Below the pieces are notes generated by a model that was not told the DNA's origin, did no database searches, and saw nothing but the letters and a program-made list of their open reading frames with translations. This document shows, in pieces, positions 49,174 to 58,700 of a DNA stretch of 64,000 bases. Source of the stretch: Candidatus Sumerlaeaceae bacterium. Its GTDB lineage: Bacteria; Sumerlaeota; Sumerlaeia; Sumerlaeales; Sumerlaeaceae. A program made the position numbers and the translations under genes. Location: positions 32,001-96,000 of the forward strand of contig JBPCLP010000008.1 of assembly GCA_051003195.1 (NCBI GenBank), written 5' to 3'. Every line of letters begins with the position of its first letter. Within the stretch, counting starts at the first letter, position 1.

Positions 49174-50403
49174 TCATATATCCTCAGCAGGTTCGGGCGG
49201 CTCCGGCAGGATCAATGTCATTGTTGAATTGGCATCGCTGGACGCTGGCATAAATGCGTGAAAGTAGATCCATGGATCTCCCGAGGGAGTAGTCAGGTGA
49301 AGTTTACCTGACCTTGGAGCAGGCACTCGTGGCATCACGATGTTTTCGTCGGTCAGCAGATTGTACCACGTGGCAATGAACTCAGGCCTGTCTTCCGCGT
49401 TGGCCGGCAGTTGCATATCGCCGTTGAAGTTGCGCAGTGGGAAGACGGCAAACATAAACCCATCGGCGATGATTGCACCAAACATGCCCCGCTGCGCTAA
49501 CTCGGGTGCCAGCCGAAACTTACCGCCGAATCGACGGGGTATACTGGACAGGCTGCGTATGTTGCGCCACGCCGCCCGGTGGTCCTTCGAACCTGTGGTT
49601 GAAAGGGCATTACCGTACTGAATGCCGGCTGCCCCCGACCCTAACCAGAACAGTTCCCGGAAAATTTGCGGGCGGTCTGTTTCGAGCAGGATCGGCATTT
49701 GCCCCAGTTTCGCGCGAAGATACGACAAGGTTGCCTGCCCGGCATACTGTGGGGGTATTGCCGCGTCATTTACCACCGCAAAATCACCGCGCCGCGCCGG
49801 CTCGAAATCGGATTCACGGCGGCAGACGTAACCAACCAGCGCTCTGGGCAGGGCCGCGTCAAAAGCTTTGAGAACAGACGCGGCTTCTGTGTTCGACGGA
49901 AGCTCCAAACTAAACATTGGCGGCGCAGCATCATTACCGAGTTTCGCCGCGAATACCTGGGCGAACATTGGCCACGAGATATCATGATTGCGTAGCTCAG
50001 TTGCCAGTGCGCTCGTCACTCTGCAGTCCGTCATTACACCATATCGCCCGGCCTCGAAAATGGAGGCGGTTAGTCGCAGCCAATACCCAGCCGGTCGCGT
50101 CGATTCCGCATCCGCGCCGGCAGGCGAAAACTCGTAGTTCGATTCGTACAGGTGTATGACCTGCCCGTCGGTCTGACGTTCTTCACCGTAAGCGAAATTG
50201 GCAGCCTGGCGCGTAACGGTCGTGTGAAACGATGCCCGGCCGCTGTTGCCCGGGGAAAATATGGCAGCTTGTGGATCGTGTGCAAACCTAAGGCGTGTCG
50301 GATCTCCCGCCGAAAGCTGCTGCGCAGAAACATGCAGCGGAAGGAACAGGCAAAGCAGCAGCAGGAGTTTCCCGCCGGGACGACGACACACGGGCCGTTT
50401 CAC
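49174..50403 (-). CDS. Secreted hypothetical protein
   Basis: Signal peptide; the C-terminal WYNLLTDE...TPSGDPWI resembles beta-sandwich tails of glycoside-hydrolase-like proteins. Confidence 0.6.
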   Translation of the reverse strand: MKRPVCRRPGGKLLLLLCLFLPLHVSAQQLSAGDPTRLRFAHDPQAAIFSPGNSGRASFHTTVTRQAANFAYGEERQTDGQVIHLYESNYEFSPAGADAESTRPAGYWLRLTASIFEAGRYGVMTDCRVTSALATELRNHDISWPMFAQVFAAKLGNDAAPPMFSLELPSNTEAASVLKAFDAALPRALVGYVCRRESDFEPARRGDFAVVNDAAIPPQYAGQATLSYLRAKLGQMPILLETDRPQIFRELFWLGSGAAGIQYGNALSTTGSKDHRAAWRNIRSLSSIPRRFGGKFRLAPELAQRGMFGAIIADGFMFAVFPLRNFNGDMQLPANAEDRPEFIATWYNLLTDENIVMPRVPAPRSGKLHLTTPSGDPWIYFHAFMPASSDANSTMTLILPEPPEPAEDI

Positions 50404-51146
50404 CGTTTCTTACCTATCAGTATGAGACGGGGCGATTTAATGGTCCATTTTCCGCCACTGTAATTCCCGAGCACAGACTGCACGGGTACACCTGCCGTGT
50501 TCATCATCAACTCCAATTCGTCTGGCGTAAACAGCCGCACACTTTCATGGAATTGCTTTCTTTCTCCCGCGGAAGAAACTGCAATGGTCTCCTTGTTTAC
50601 GCGTAGCGGGTTGCTGGAGATCCAGCGCCTTTCCTGGACCGTGCAACCTTTTGTAGATTGGCGGATGGACTCCGGCTTAAGTTCCATGCGCACGCGAGCT
50701 GCGTTCATGAAATCAATCACAACAAATCCTTTGCTGCGACACACGCGCGCGAGTTCGTGCAGCACGGCGGCGTTCTGCGCATCGGTGTCCAGGTAGCCGA
50801 AGCTGGAAAACAGATTGGCCACCAGCTCGAAGCTGTCGTTCTTCAGGGGCAGGTCCCGAAGATCTGCGCGCAGGTAGCACGGCGACGGGGCACCTGGCAG
50901 ATTTGACGTGGCAGCCACATCGAGCAGGTCACGGCTTAGGTCGATCCCGATGGCACGCATTTCCGCCAAGGCAAATGCACGGGCATGCCGCCCCGAGCCA
51001 CAAGGAGCATCCAGAACGCGCGAGTTTTTTTGGAGCAACGCAACCCTGATGAGCAGTTCAACTGCCAGTTTCGCCTCTGCCTCATCGCGATGTTCGTAGA
51101 GCGATAAGTATTCGGCACCAAATGCCGAGCGGAACCACTCACTCAT
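50400..51146 (-). CDS. Class I SAM-dependent methyltransferase
   Basis: VLDAPCGSGRH, GIDLS and LFSSFGY motifs. Confidence 0.92.
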   Translation of the reverse strand: MSEWFRSAFGAEYLSLYEHRDEAEAKLAVELLIRVALLQKNSRVLDAPCGSGRHARAFALAEMRAIGIDLSRDLLDVAATSNLPGAPSPCYLRADLRDLPLKNDSFELVANLFSSFGYLDTDAQNAAVLHELARVCRSKGFVVIDFMNAARVRMELKPESIRQSTKGCTVQERRWISSNPLRVNKETIAVSSAGERKQFHESVRLFTPDELELMMNTAGVPVQSVLGNYSGGKWTIKSPRLILIGKKR

Positions 51147-52038
51147 TCGTCGCGGCCATTTCAAAGAACGATGTCACCCGAGATGACGAACCAGCGGCGG
51201 GACTTTGTCGAGCCACCCGCAGCATTTCCGCAATGAACTCTTCGGTTGGTTCTATTGGTGCTTCAACAGCTCCACCGGCCTTCAGGAGTTGATGCGCGCG
51301 GAAGTGCTTCTCCTGCTCATGCAGTTTGGTCACCCACATCGGGCGATTTAATGCCCGTAGCTTTCGCACAGTATCAACCGTGCCACCGCGAGTTCCGGTT
51401 TCTGCGATGAACGAGCCGCGGCAGAACGCAGCCACGAGTGAATTCCGACGTAGAAAGCACCAGGGCTGCACTTTGGATCCAGGCGGAAACGGCGACGCGA
51501 TCAGCACCCGCCCACCAGGCGGAACATTAAACGAAGGAACAAACTGTTCAATGGGTGTGGGTGGAAAAACAACTGTAGCTCCTTCGGCTTTCAGCGCTGC
51601 ATCGTGTGCGCCGGCATCAACACCCGGAGCATTGCCGCTCACGACAGCAATATCACGTTTCGCAAAAGCGCTCGCATAATTACGCGCGGCGTTTCGTCCG
51701 GTGGCGGACGGTCGACGTGTCCCGATGATCGCCATCGCTTCTGTGTTAAAAAGCTCCAGTTGCCCTATTGCATACAACACCGGTGGAGTATTGTCTCCCA
51801 GTGCATCCAACAGTCGCTTTGGATAGGCAGAACAGCCCAGCGGTATGACGTGAACATCGTTATCGAGTATCCATTTGGCGAGCTGCCTGCTCTGTGCGCT
51901 GGGGGTGCTGCCCGGGTGCTGATTTGGCAACGATCCCTCCGAACCCGGTCGTTCCAGCCTGAGAAAGTCCGCAAGCCTGGTCTCCCCCAGTTGGCGATGC
52001 TGCTCGATCCAGGCAGCAAGCTGTTGTGCAGCACTCAT
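51139..52038 (-). CDS. dprA: DNA-processing protein DprA/Smf
   Basis: YPKRL...PPVLYAIG, AIIGTR, VVSGNAPGVDAGAH, RRNSLVA and GGT motifs. Confidence 0.85.
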   Translation of the reverse strand: MSAAQQLAAWIEQHRQLGETRLADFLRLERPGSEGSLPNQHPGSTPSAQSRQLAKWILDNDVHVIPLGCSAYPKRLLDALGDNTPPVLYAIGQLELFNTEAMAIIGTRRPSATGRNAARNYASAFAKRDIAVVSGNAPGVDAGAHDAALKAEGATVVFPPTPIEQFVPSFNVPPGGRVLIASPFPPGSKVQPWCFLRRNSLVAAFCRGSFIAETGTRGGTVDTVRKLRALNRPMWVTKLHEQEKHFRAHQLLKAGGAVEAPIEPTEEFIAEMLRVARQSPAAGSSSRVTSFFEMAATNE

Positions 52039-52133
52039 GCCATGCGTTAAACCGCCACTGTCGCAGCCAAAGCGAGCGAAAACGCGAAAAGTTTAGCATT
52101 GCCTGCGCGTGCGCCGTTGGCCGAACTAGCAGG

Positions 52134-52919
52134 GTGTCGAGAGAGAATAACCGCGTATGGCAGCTCGATGCATATACCGTCGCCCTGGGCGAGAGCGCGC
52201 CCGACGGCCGAATCCTTGCCCGACAAATTGCCGGAATCGGCGCCCGTTTACTCGCCGGAACGATTGATTGCATTGTGCAGTCTATTTTTGCGACGCTGGC
52301 GGTAGCGGCTGTTTACTGGTCCCACCCCGAGTTCGTGCGTCCGCAGGAGCGAATGTGGCTTTTTATCGCCGCCGTGGTCGAGTGGCACGTCCTGTACTTT
52401 ATGCTCTTCGAAGCGTTCACGTCGGGCAGAACCCCGGGTAAAAGCATTGTGGGCCTCCAAGTCGTGGATGCGCGCACCGGCGGCCGGGCCAGCTCGCTCC
52501 AGTTGCTGGGGCGCAATCTGTTCCGAGCCATCGATCTGTTGCCTGTCCATTACCTCGCCGCAGCACTTAGCATGGCAATGGGACCGGCACGACAACGCCT
52601 CGGCGATCGCATCGGTTCCACGTGTGTGATTTATGTGCGAAGTCTGGTCGAGCAACTCCACGCCGCCAATGTCCCCGCGAGCAATTTTTCCACCTCAGAC
52701 GACGGCTACCTGCTGCAGGCCTTTGTTCAGCGATTGCCCGGCATCCACGAAAACATGCGCCCGTTCCTGGCCCGCGAGACGGCGCGCTATTTCCAGAAAA
52801 AATATCCTGCGGCCGAACCCGGCCTCGTAAGGCTTTACGAGGAAGAGCAATACGACCAGTATTTGCAACGCCTCTGCCGCGAAGAGACCGCCGCCGCCGC
52901 GCTCCACTTGGACGAATGA
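52134..52919 (+). CDS. RDD family membrane protein
   Basis: RLLAGTID, GRTPGKSIVGLQVV, RNLFRAID and QRLGD motifs. Start is uncertain (in-frame GTG at 52134 chosen). Confidence 0.85.
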   Translation: MSRENNRVWQLDAYTVALGESAPDGRILARQIAGIGARLLAGTIDCIVQSIFATLAVAAVYWSHPEFVRPQERMWLFIAAVVEWHVLYFMLFEAFTSGRTPGKSIVGLQVVDARTGGRASSLQLLGRNLFRAIDLLPVHYLAAALSMAMGPARQRLGDRIGSTCVIYVRSLVEQLHAANVPASNFSTSDDGYLLQAFVQRLPGIHENMRPFLARETARYFQKKYPAAEPGLVRLYEEEQYDQYLQRLCREETAAAALHLDE

Positions 52920-52987
52920 GAATGACCCGGCACTCCAGAAATGAATACGGAACGTTTACGGCGCTAAGGTAACGCGCTCAACCGGAT

Positions 52988-53065
52988 CGGGGCGTAGCGT
53001 AGCCCGGTTATCGCGCCTGCCTTGGGAGCAGGAGGTCGCAGGTTCGAATCCTGCCGCCCCGACCA
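52988..53065 (+). tRNA. tRNA-Pro (TGG)
   Basis: CGGGGCG acceptor stem, anticodon arm CCTGC-CTTGGGA-GCAGG, T-arm GCAGG-TTCGAAT-CCTGC and encoded CCA. Confidence 0.97.
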
Positions 53066-53192
53066 GTAACAACTCCTTCCGAAATGCCAAAAAAGGCACA
53101 AAACGCACGAAATAGAACCACGCGAATACCTCTTTCGATAGTAAGGAGCTGATGTCCATCCGATCTCGCCCGAGCTGCTGCAACCGGAGGTT

Positions 53193-54605
53193 TTAATCCT
53201 TCGTGTGCAGGTAATGCATTCCCCAGCCGAGTTCCTCATTTCGGGTGCTACCGGTGCTGAAAATGCTGTCACCTCCGCCTAATGCATAGATTCTTTCGTT
53301 CACAACACAGGCTGCGAAGCTATGGCGAACCGTTGCAAGTGCCGCACCCTGGGTCCAGGTGTCGCTCGCTGGATCATAGACGTAGGTGTCCTGGGATATT
53401 TCGCCACCCGAACTGCCACCAAACGCATAGACTTTTCCACCCATGCCCACGACACCTAAGTTGTGCCTGGCAATCGGCATGGGGGACTTCGACGTCCACG
53501 TGTTGCTGCCGGGATCGTATTCCTCATTGGCTCCGGTATAAGTGGGCGACGCTCCAATCAACCCGCCGATGACGTAGATTTTTCCATTCACGGTGGCCGC
53601 GCCTGCTCCCTGCCGCACCGCCAGCATCGGTGCCAGCGGCGTCCAACTGTTGGACACAGGGCTATAGGCTTCCGTGCTGCCCAGCGAGTTAAGAGCGCTG
53701 TCACTACCGCCAAATACGTAGATCTTGCCGTCGGAAACAGCCGCTGCGGCGAAGCTCCTGCCGACCGACATTGCCTGGGCGGGCGCCCATGCGTTTGTGC
53801 CGGGGTTGTACACCTGGTTCGTAGCGACAGCGACACCGGCAGATCGCCCGCCAATGGCATATATCAGCCCATCCACCTGGGCACAACACAACCCCACACG
53901 GTTGTCTGGTGTGGCCAGCGAGCCCCAGCTGCTGGCAGCCGGGTTGAAGACGAGGTTATAGGGCGTGCTGCCGACGGCGCCAATGGCATACACTTTTCCA
54001 GCGGCCGATGCTGCCGCAAGTTGGGACATCGCAACCGGCATGGGAGGCCGCGTTTGCCAGCTGCCGAAAATGGCGCCGGTACGCGAAAAGCCGGCTGGCG
54101 CCGTCGCGGTGTTTCCCACGATCGCATAGCCGGCGGGAGTGCCATTCAGCGCGCTGTCTGCCACGTCGGAGTTGAGCGCCCGCACCGCAAACGGTACCGA
54201 CTCCAGGCGTGTGGGCGGCAGTACGACATTTTGGGGAAGGTTGGCGTCAACGGCGACCTGCAGAAACATGGGCTCGTTGGTTACAAAGGCGGCGTCAGTC
54301 AACGGGCCCCCGAACAGAACGGTGCCCGTGCCCACGGTATGGTTCACCACGCCATTACTCACGTTTAAAGCGGCTTGCTCGCCAAACACCTGGGTACCGG
54401 GCGATGGACCCACGCCCGCCGCACCGCGCCAGATGGAAAAGAAAAGCGTATGGGTGCTCTCCAGCGCACTGCCACCAGCACCCGTCAGCTTTGCCTGGTA
54501 ATTGATACGCACCGGCTGCGTTGCTGAAGCGCTGACGCAAAACATTATGAAACACGCTGCGAGACATTGTACCGACGCTCGGCCGCCATTTCCGTGAATT
54601 CCCAT
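53193..54605 (-). CDS. Secreted Kelch-repeat protein
   Basis: Signal peptide, an INYQAKL N-terminal domain, and six GxIYxxGG...Y(D/N)PxxxxW Kelch repeats. Confidence 0.9.
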   Translation of the reverse strand: MGIHGNGGRASVQCLAACFIMFCVSASATQPVRINYQAKLTGAGGSALESTHTLFFSIWRGAAGVGPSPGTQVFGEQAALNVSNGVVNHTVGTGTVLFGGPLTDAAFVTNEPMFLQVAVDANLPQNVVLPPTRLESVPFAVRALNSDVADSALNGTPAGYAIVGNTATAPAGFSRTGAIFGSWQTRPPMPVAMSQLAAASAAGKVYAIGAVGSTPYNLVFNPAASSWGSLATPDNRVGLCCAQVDGLIYAIGGRSAGVAVATNQVYNPGTNAWAPAQAMSVGRSFAAAAVSDGKIYVFGGSDSALNSLGSTEAYSPVSNSWTPLAPMLAVRQGAGAATVNGKIYVIGGLIGASPTYTGANEEYDPGSNTWTSKSPMPIARHNLGVVGMGGKVYAFGGSSGGEISQDTYVYDPASDTWTQGAALATVRHSFAACVVNERIYALGGGDSIFSTGSTRNEELGWGMHYLHTKD

Positions 54606-54815
54606 GAATCGCCCCCGGCTCTGATTTTAAAAATTATAAAATCGGCGGCATTCCAGTGTCAATCACGCAGAGGCGCGATCATGGGGCAGCGTCGAGCTAG
54701 GTTAAGATCGGGCGACAAATACCTGCTGGCATCAGGATCCTGGACTGGATTCTTCTCCATGTAGATCCCCTCGAAGTCCGGGGGGTAGAGGTGTCAGGGA
54801 AAAAGCTGGCATGCT

Positions 54816-54955
54816 GAAAGCGGTACTAAAGTACGCGCATTCGCCCACAGCCGATGTTCAGGCCAAATCTCCGCACCAGCTGTAAGCCCTCCCCGGATTG
54901 TAAACAAACCATAGCGCGCAGCGCTTTGGAGTGCGCGTACTTCAGTACCGCTTTC
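54816..54955. repeat. REP-doublet (REPIN-like) inverted repeat
   Basis: GAAAGCGGTACTAAAGTACGCGCATTC (54816-54842) versus GAGTGCGCGTACTTCAGTACCGCTTTC (54929-54955): 25/27 complementary, and each arm is itself a small hairpin. Confidence 0.75.
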
Positions 54956-54957
54956 CA

Positions 54958-55101
54958 CTAATCTTCAGATAAACGTCCATGCCGTCGCTGCAGACGGAGA
55001 GCATATACCGCATCCCCGGAAACAAACCCGGTGCCCTGATTGTCGCGGTGAAGAACATGGTGCGGACAACCGGCGATGACCACCCTTGCTCGACGTTCCA
55101 T
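54958..55101 (-). pseudogene. Truncated REP-associated tyrosine transposase (RAYT / IS200-like Y1) N-terminus
   Basis: MERRARVVIAGCPHHVLHRDNQG matches the typical RAYT start (MxRxARxxxxGxPHHVxxRGN). Stops after 47 aa, before the HuH motif. Confidence 0.65.
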
Positions 55102-55650
55102 GGTATGGGACTTCATTTTCGTTGTCATGGACTAATGAAGTTCTGGGCACGACCCATGACACGTCGTTATAGACCGGGACCAGGCCCATACGGTGCAGCG
55201 CATGAGCGAGCATGGCAGTAGCCTTCGAGGACGGCGAGGGGAGCTTCGCGCTCGGCGCCGTAGAAGAAGGTTCGGGCGCGGCTTACCGCCGGGACTGATG
55301 AGTTGCCAAATCCTTGCAGATACTCATGCCCTGCCTGCTCACCAGCTATTTTATACAGAGCGTCGAGCATCTGGTGATAGCGTCTGTGGCCGACAAACTG
55401 AAATGGGTAGCGAAGTTGCTGTGTCGGGCCAGGATTAGGTTTTGAGGTGACAGGTTATGCATTGATTCCAGCTGCATGCATCCTGTAGCTAATTTGGTGT
55501 GGCTGGATAGGCAAGAGTTGTTGTTCCGGGTTACCCGTACATCGTCCTCTGATCGTGCCCACTTATTCTGACCGCCGAATCGCTCCGCTTTAGGCAAAGC
55601 CAAAGCAAGCTTTCGCACCAAAGCGGCTACGCCGCCGGGGTTGTTCGGAC

Positions 55651-55760
55651 GGGGTGCAGGGTTCACGTCCCGGGTTCAGGGTTCGCGGTTCACAGTTAGG
55701 ATTGAGGGTGCAGGATGTGGGGTCGGGGTTCAGGACTCGGGTTCGAACCAGGGCTCACGG
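55651..55760. repeat. Degenerate heptamer repeat tract (GGGTTCA-like)
   Basis: agggttc/cgggttc/agggttc/gcggttc/ggggttc/cgggttc units upstream of the DUF4838 gene. Confidence 0.6.
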
Positions 55761-55796
55761 TGACCATAATCTAATCGACAATGGGATCATTCCGAT

Positions 55797-57584
55797 TTGA
55801 ATCATCGCATGTTCTTACAGCAAAGACTCCCGTACCTCGTCATTGGCATGGTCGCCCTATGCGCGATCGCGCAGGCGGAGTGGCGCAATGCACTTGTGTC
55901 GCTGGCCGAGCCGTCAGACCCGGTCACCCTGGTCAGCCGCGCAAAACCTGCCGGGCATATTCAGTTGCCGCCCCGGCCCACGCCGCAGGAACGAAAAGCC
56001 GCTGCCGATCTCCAGCATTGGATCGCGCAGATTACCAGTGCTACGCTGCCCATTAAGAAATCCGCTCGCGGTGCGGTTGTCAGCATCCGCACCGATGACG
56101 CATGTAACGACGAAGAATACCGGATCCAGGTGGATGGCCGTCGCATCCTGTTATACGGCGGACGCACGCGCGGTGTTGTAAACGCGGTGTACGCGTTGCT
56201 GGAAGAAGACATGGGGTGCCGCTTCTACACGAATGAGTCCATCCGTTTGCCTACCACCAGTACCCTGGTTGCCAGGCCGGTTCCGCGGCGGTATGGTCCG
56301 CGCCTTAAATTGCGCGATCCGTTTTACTATTGTGCGTTCGATCCTGTGTGGTCGCTGCGCAACCGCACCAACGCACCCGATGCGAAGGTACCGGAGGCGC
56401 ACGGCGGGCACGTGGACTATGACAACATGTTCGTCCACACAATGGACAAGCTCGTCTCGGCAACGGTCTATTTCAAGAAGCACCCCGAATACTTTGCGCT
56501 TCAGCCGGACGGATCGCGCAATCCCATTGCCCTGTGCGCCACCGAGCCGAAAGTTGCGAAGATCGCGATCAAAGCGGTGCGCGACATTCTTCGCCGCAAC
56601 CCCAATACCGAAATCATCAGCGTCTCGAAGAACGACACCACGGTCGTCTGCCATTGCGAGCGCTGCAAAAAGCTACGCGATGCCGAAGGTTCGGACATCG
56701 CTAATCAACTGGTGCTGGTGAACAAAATCGCGGACGCCATCGCCGCCGATTATCCGCGGGTTACCATCGACACGCTTGCGTACCTTGAAACCATCCAGGT
56801 CCCGAAAACGGTGCGCCCGCGAAAGAATGTGGCCATCCGCCTGTGTAACGATGCGGTCGGTGCCTGGACTTACCCTTTCCGACCCGCCGAGCAGTGCGAC
56901 ATCGCGAAGCTCGCATCTGCCTGGGCAGCGGTGCACCATCGCATCTACATCTGGGACTATAACGTTAACTTCAGTCATTACCTTGCGCCGATGCCCAACC
57001 TCGATATCATGGCGGCAAACATACGCTTCTGGATCCGCAACAACGCCGAAGGCGTGATGTTGCAGGGAGGCTACCAGGGCGCTGCCGAGCAGGATCACAT
57101 GAAGTGCTGGGTGACTGCCAAACTCATGTGGGACGCTTCATGGGATGAGAAGGAACTTGTGCACGATTTCATCTGGGGACACTACGCCAGCGCTGCACCG
57201 GCAATGCAGGAATACGATGACCTGCTGCAGCAGATGCGCGTGGAACATAAGCCGACGATGGACAAGCCCGCGCAGGGAATCCGGTATCCGATGGACGCGC
57301 CGTTCATCACGCGCGATTTCATCACCAGCGCATCGGCGTTGTTCTCACGGGCCAGGGAACTGGCTGGCGGTGACACGGCGTTGCTGCAACGTATCGAGCG
57401 CGCCGAACTTCCGATTCTCTACGTCCAGTGTGAGCGTGGAGCGGAGTTTACAGGACCGGAATACGCGGCTGTGGTCGATCGGTTCGCACTCGTGGCCCGG
57501 CGCGAAAAAGTAAACACGACCCGCGAAGGACCTACAGACCTTGATGCGAAGATCGCCGGATACCACGCCAAAGTCAGGAAGTAG
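55797..57584 (+). CDS. DUF4838 domain protein (GH67/GH20-like N-terminal domain)
   Basis: Signal peptide, AAADLQHWI...EEYRI...RGVVNAVYALLEE, FVHT, HPEYFAL, CHCERC, LAY, IWDY and AKLMWD motifs. Confidence 0.85.
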   Translation: MNHRMFLQQRLPYLVIGMVALCAIAQAEWRNALVSLAEPSDPVTLVSRAKPAGHIQLPPRPTPQERKAAADLQHWIAQITSATLPIKKSARGAVVSIRTDDACNDEEYRIQVDGRRILLYGGRTRGVVNAVYALLEEDMGCRFYTNESIRLPTTSTLVARPVPRRYGPRLKLRDPFYYCAFDPVWSLRNRTNAPDAKVPEAHGGHVDYDNMFVHTMDKLVSATVYFKKHPEYFALQPDGSRNPIALCATEPKVAKIAIKAVRDILRRNPNTEIISVSKNDTTVVCHCERCKKLRDAEGSDIANQLVLVNKIADAIAADYPRVTIDTLAYLETIQVPKTVRPRKNVAIRLCNDAVGAWTYPFRPAEQCDIAKLASAWAAVHHRIYIWDYNVNFSHYLAPMPNLDIMAANIRFWIRNNAEGVMLQGGYQGAAEQDHMKCWVTAKLMWDASWDEKELVHDFIWGHYASAAPAMQEYDDLLQQMRVEHKPTMDKPAQGIRYPMDAPFITRDFITSASALFSRARELAGGDTALLQRIERAELPILYVQCERGAEFTGPEYAAVVDRFALVARREKVNTTREGPTDLDAKIAGYHAKVRK

Positions 57585-57599
57585 ATGAGCGTGCCTCCT

Positions 57600-57627
57600 T
57601 AATCAAAACTAATCAAAACTAATCAAA
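57600..57627. repeat. Tandem 10-bp repeat (TAATCAAAAC x2.8)
   Basis: TAATCAAAAC TAATCAAAAC TAATCAAA. Confidence 0.85.
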
Positions 57628-57844
57628 CATTGGCGTCGCTCGTTGGCATTTCACGCTTTAAATCAAACAGGCCGATGGGGTAATTTCGCCCTTTGATTTC
57701 CGTAATGTTCAGATCATGTCGCCTCCAGTTCTTCTTTTGTTTTTTCGTCGGAGGCGTGTGAGGCGAGTGCGGATTGCGGAGTACAAGCCGGACTCGGAAT
57801 CGTCGGCGGTAAGGCACGGCGGGTTGCGTTGTCAGCGTCATCAT
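57623..57844 (-). CDS. Small basic ORF, possibly a gene remnant
   Basis: AAGGAG 5 nt before the ATG; 73 aa with no recognised family. Confidence 0.35.
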   Translation of the reverse strand: MMTLTTQPAVPYRRRFRVRLVLRNPHSPHTPPTKKQKKNWRRHDLNITEIKGRNYPIGLFDLKREMPTSDANV

Positions 57845-57858
57845 AATGTCTCCTTGGT

Positions 57859-57915
57859 GCTTTCAAGTTCAAGTTGGTAATTTCGCCACTTGAATAGCGG
57901 TAATCTTTCTGTAAG
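57859..57915 (-). repeat. Left 57-bp inverted repeat (IR-L)
   Basis: Reverse complement matches 60349-60405 at 51/57; the outer 36 bp are identical. Confidence 0.92.
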
Positions 57916-58025
57916 GTTTGCTCGTGCCGGCCCAACTCCGCCGCTTCAGTTTCATCAGCAAACCAACAGCCTCCGCGAAACCTTCATGGCTGTTGCCTTC
58001 GGTTATTTGCTGGAACCCGTCAACC

Positions 58026-58047
58026 GCAGGCGAGACGCCTGCGCCAC
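58026..58047. repeat. Single REP-like palindrome
   Basis: GCAGGCG-AGA-CGCCTGC followed by GCCAC, giving a GTGG foot on the minus strand. This is classic REP architecture. Confidence 0.65.
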
Positions 58048-58700
58048 GAGGGTCGGCGGGGTCGGGGAATTGCGTTTGTTTTATCATTATGAGGACCTGT
58101 GTAGCACAGGCTTTTGGCTAATACAATTCCCGCACGACCCCTTAGAGACCCTTCGGGCACCTAAAAGTGCACAGGTTTCGGCTACAGTCGCCCGGCAGCC
58201 GCGGCCATGAAAAGAATCTGATCGGGAGCTGACCCAAAATCTTCCGCTGTTTCCCGGCTGTGTATTAACAAATTAACACATGGCCTGTCCCCTTGTTTCT
58301 ACCTCGCCGCGGCAGTCATGAACCTCAAGCGCCTGGCGGCGCTGATCACCGCGCCTGGGGTGCCCAAAAAGCTGCACCAAGCCGCGTTTCCGCTCCTTCA
58401 GCGCCTGTTAAGCATATCATTGGAGCCCGATGTGAGTTCTTCGAAACGAAGCCACTTCGGCCTTTGCTTCAGATGAACAAGGAACCGGGCCGTATGGGAA
58501 AGGGGTTCTTCAACAGCCCCACCGTCCCCGAATTAGCTCAATTAAACATGCCATTGGCCGGGAAGTTGCACTATATAATATATATATTCTAGAGTCTACC
58601 GGTCCTTATTGATTAGTCATTGGACACCCGGAGGCGACTGGTAAACTAAACCCACCGACCAGGTAAGGCGTACCGCGACGGGGTAATTGAGGAACGAATT

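Noticed and set aside
55346..55666. ORF with LPKAERFG resembling a four-helix-bundle (IVP) protein next to heptamer repeats
   Set aside because: The similarity is limited to a few residues that coincide with a DNA hairpin, and the downstream conserved S..NIAEG motif is absent.
58225..58240. GCTGACCCA shared with 35721-35729, possibly an IS end
   Set aside because: A 9-bp match is too short to distinguish from chance, and no partner end or transposase is present.
58293..58592. 99 aa ORF inside the IR cassette
   Set aside because: TTG start without an RBS, atypical composition and no motif; it is not a recombinase.
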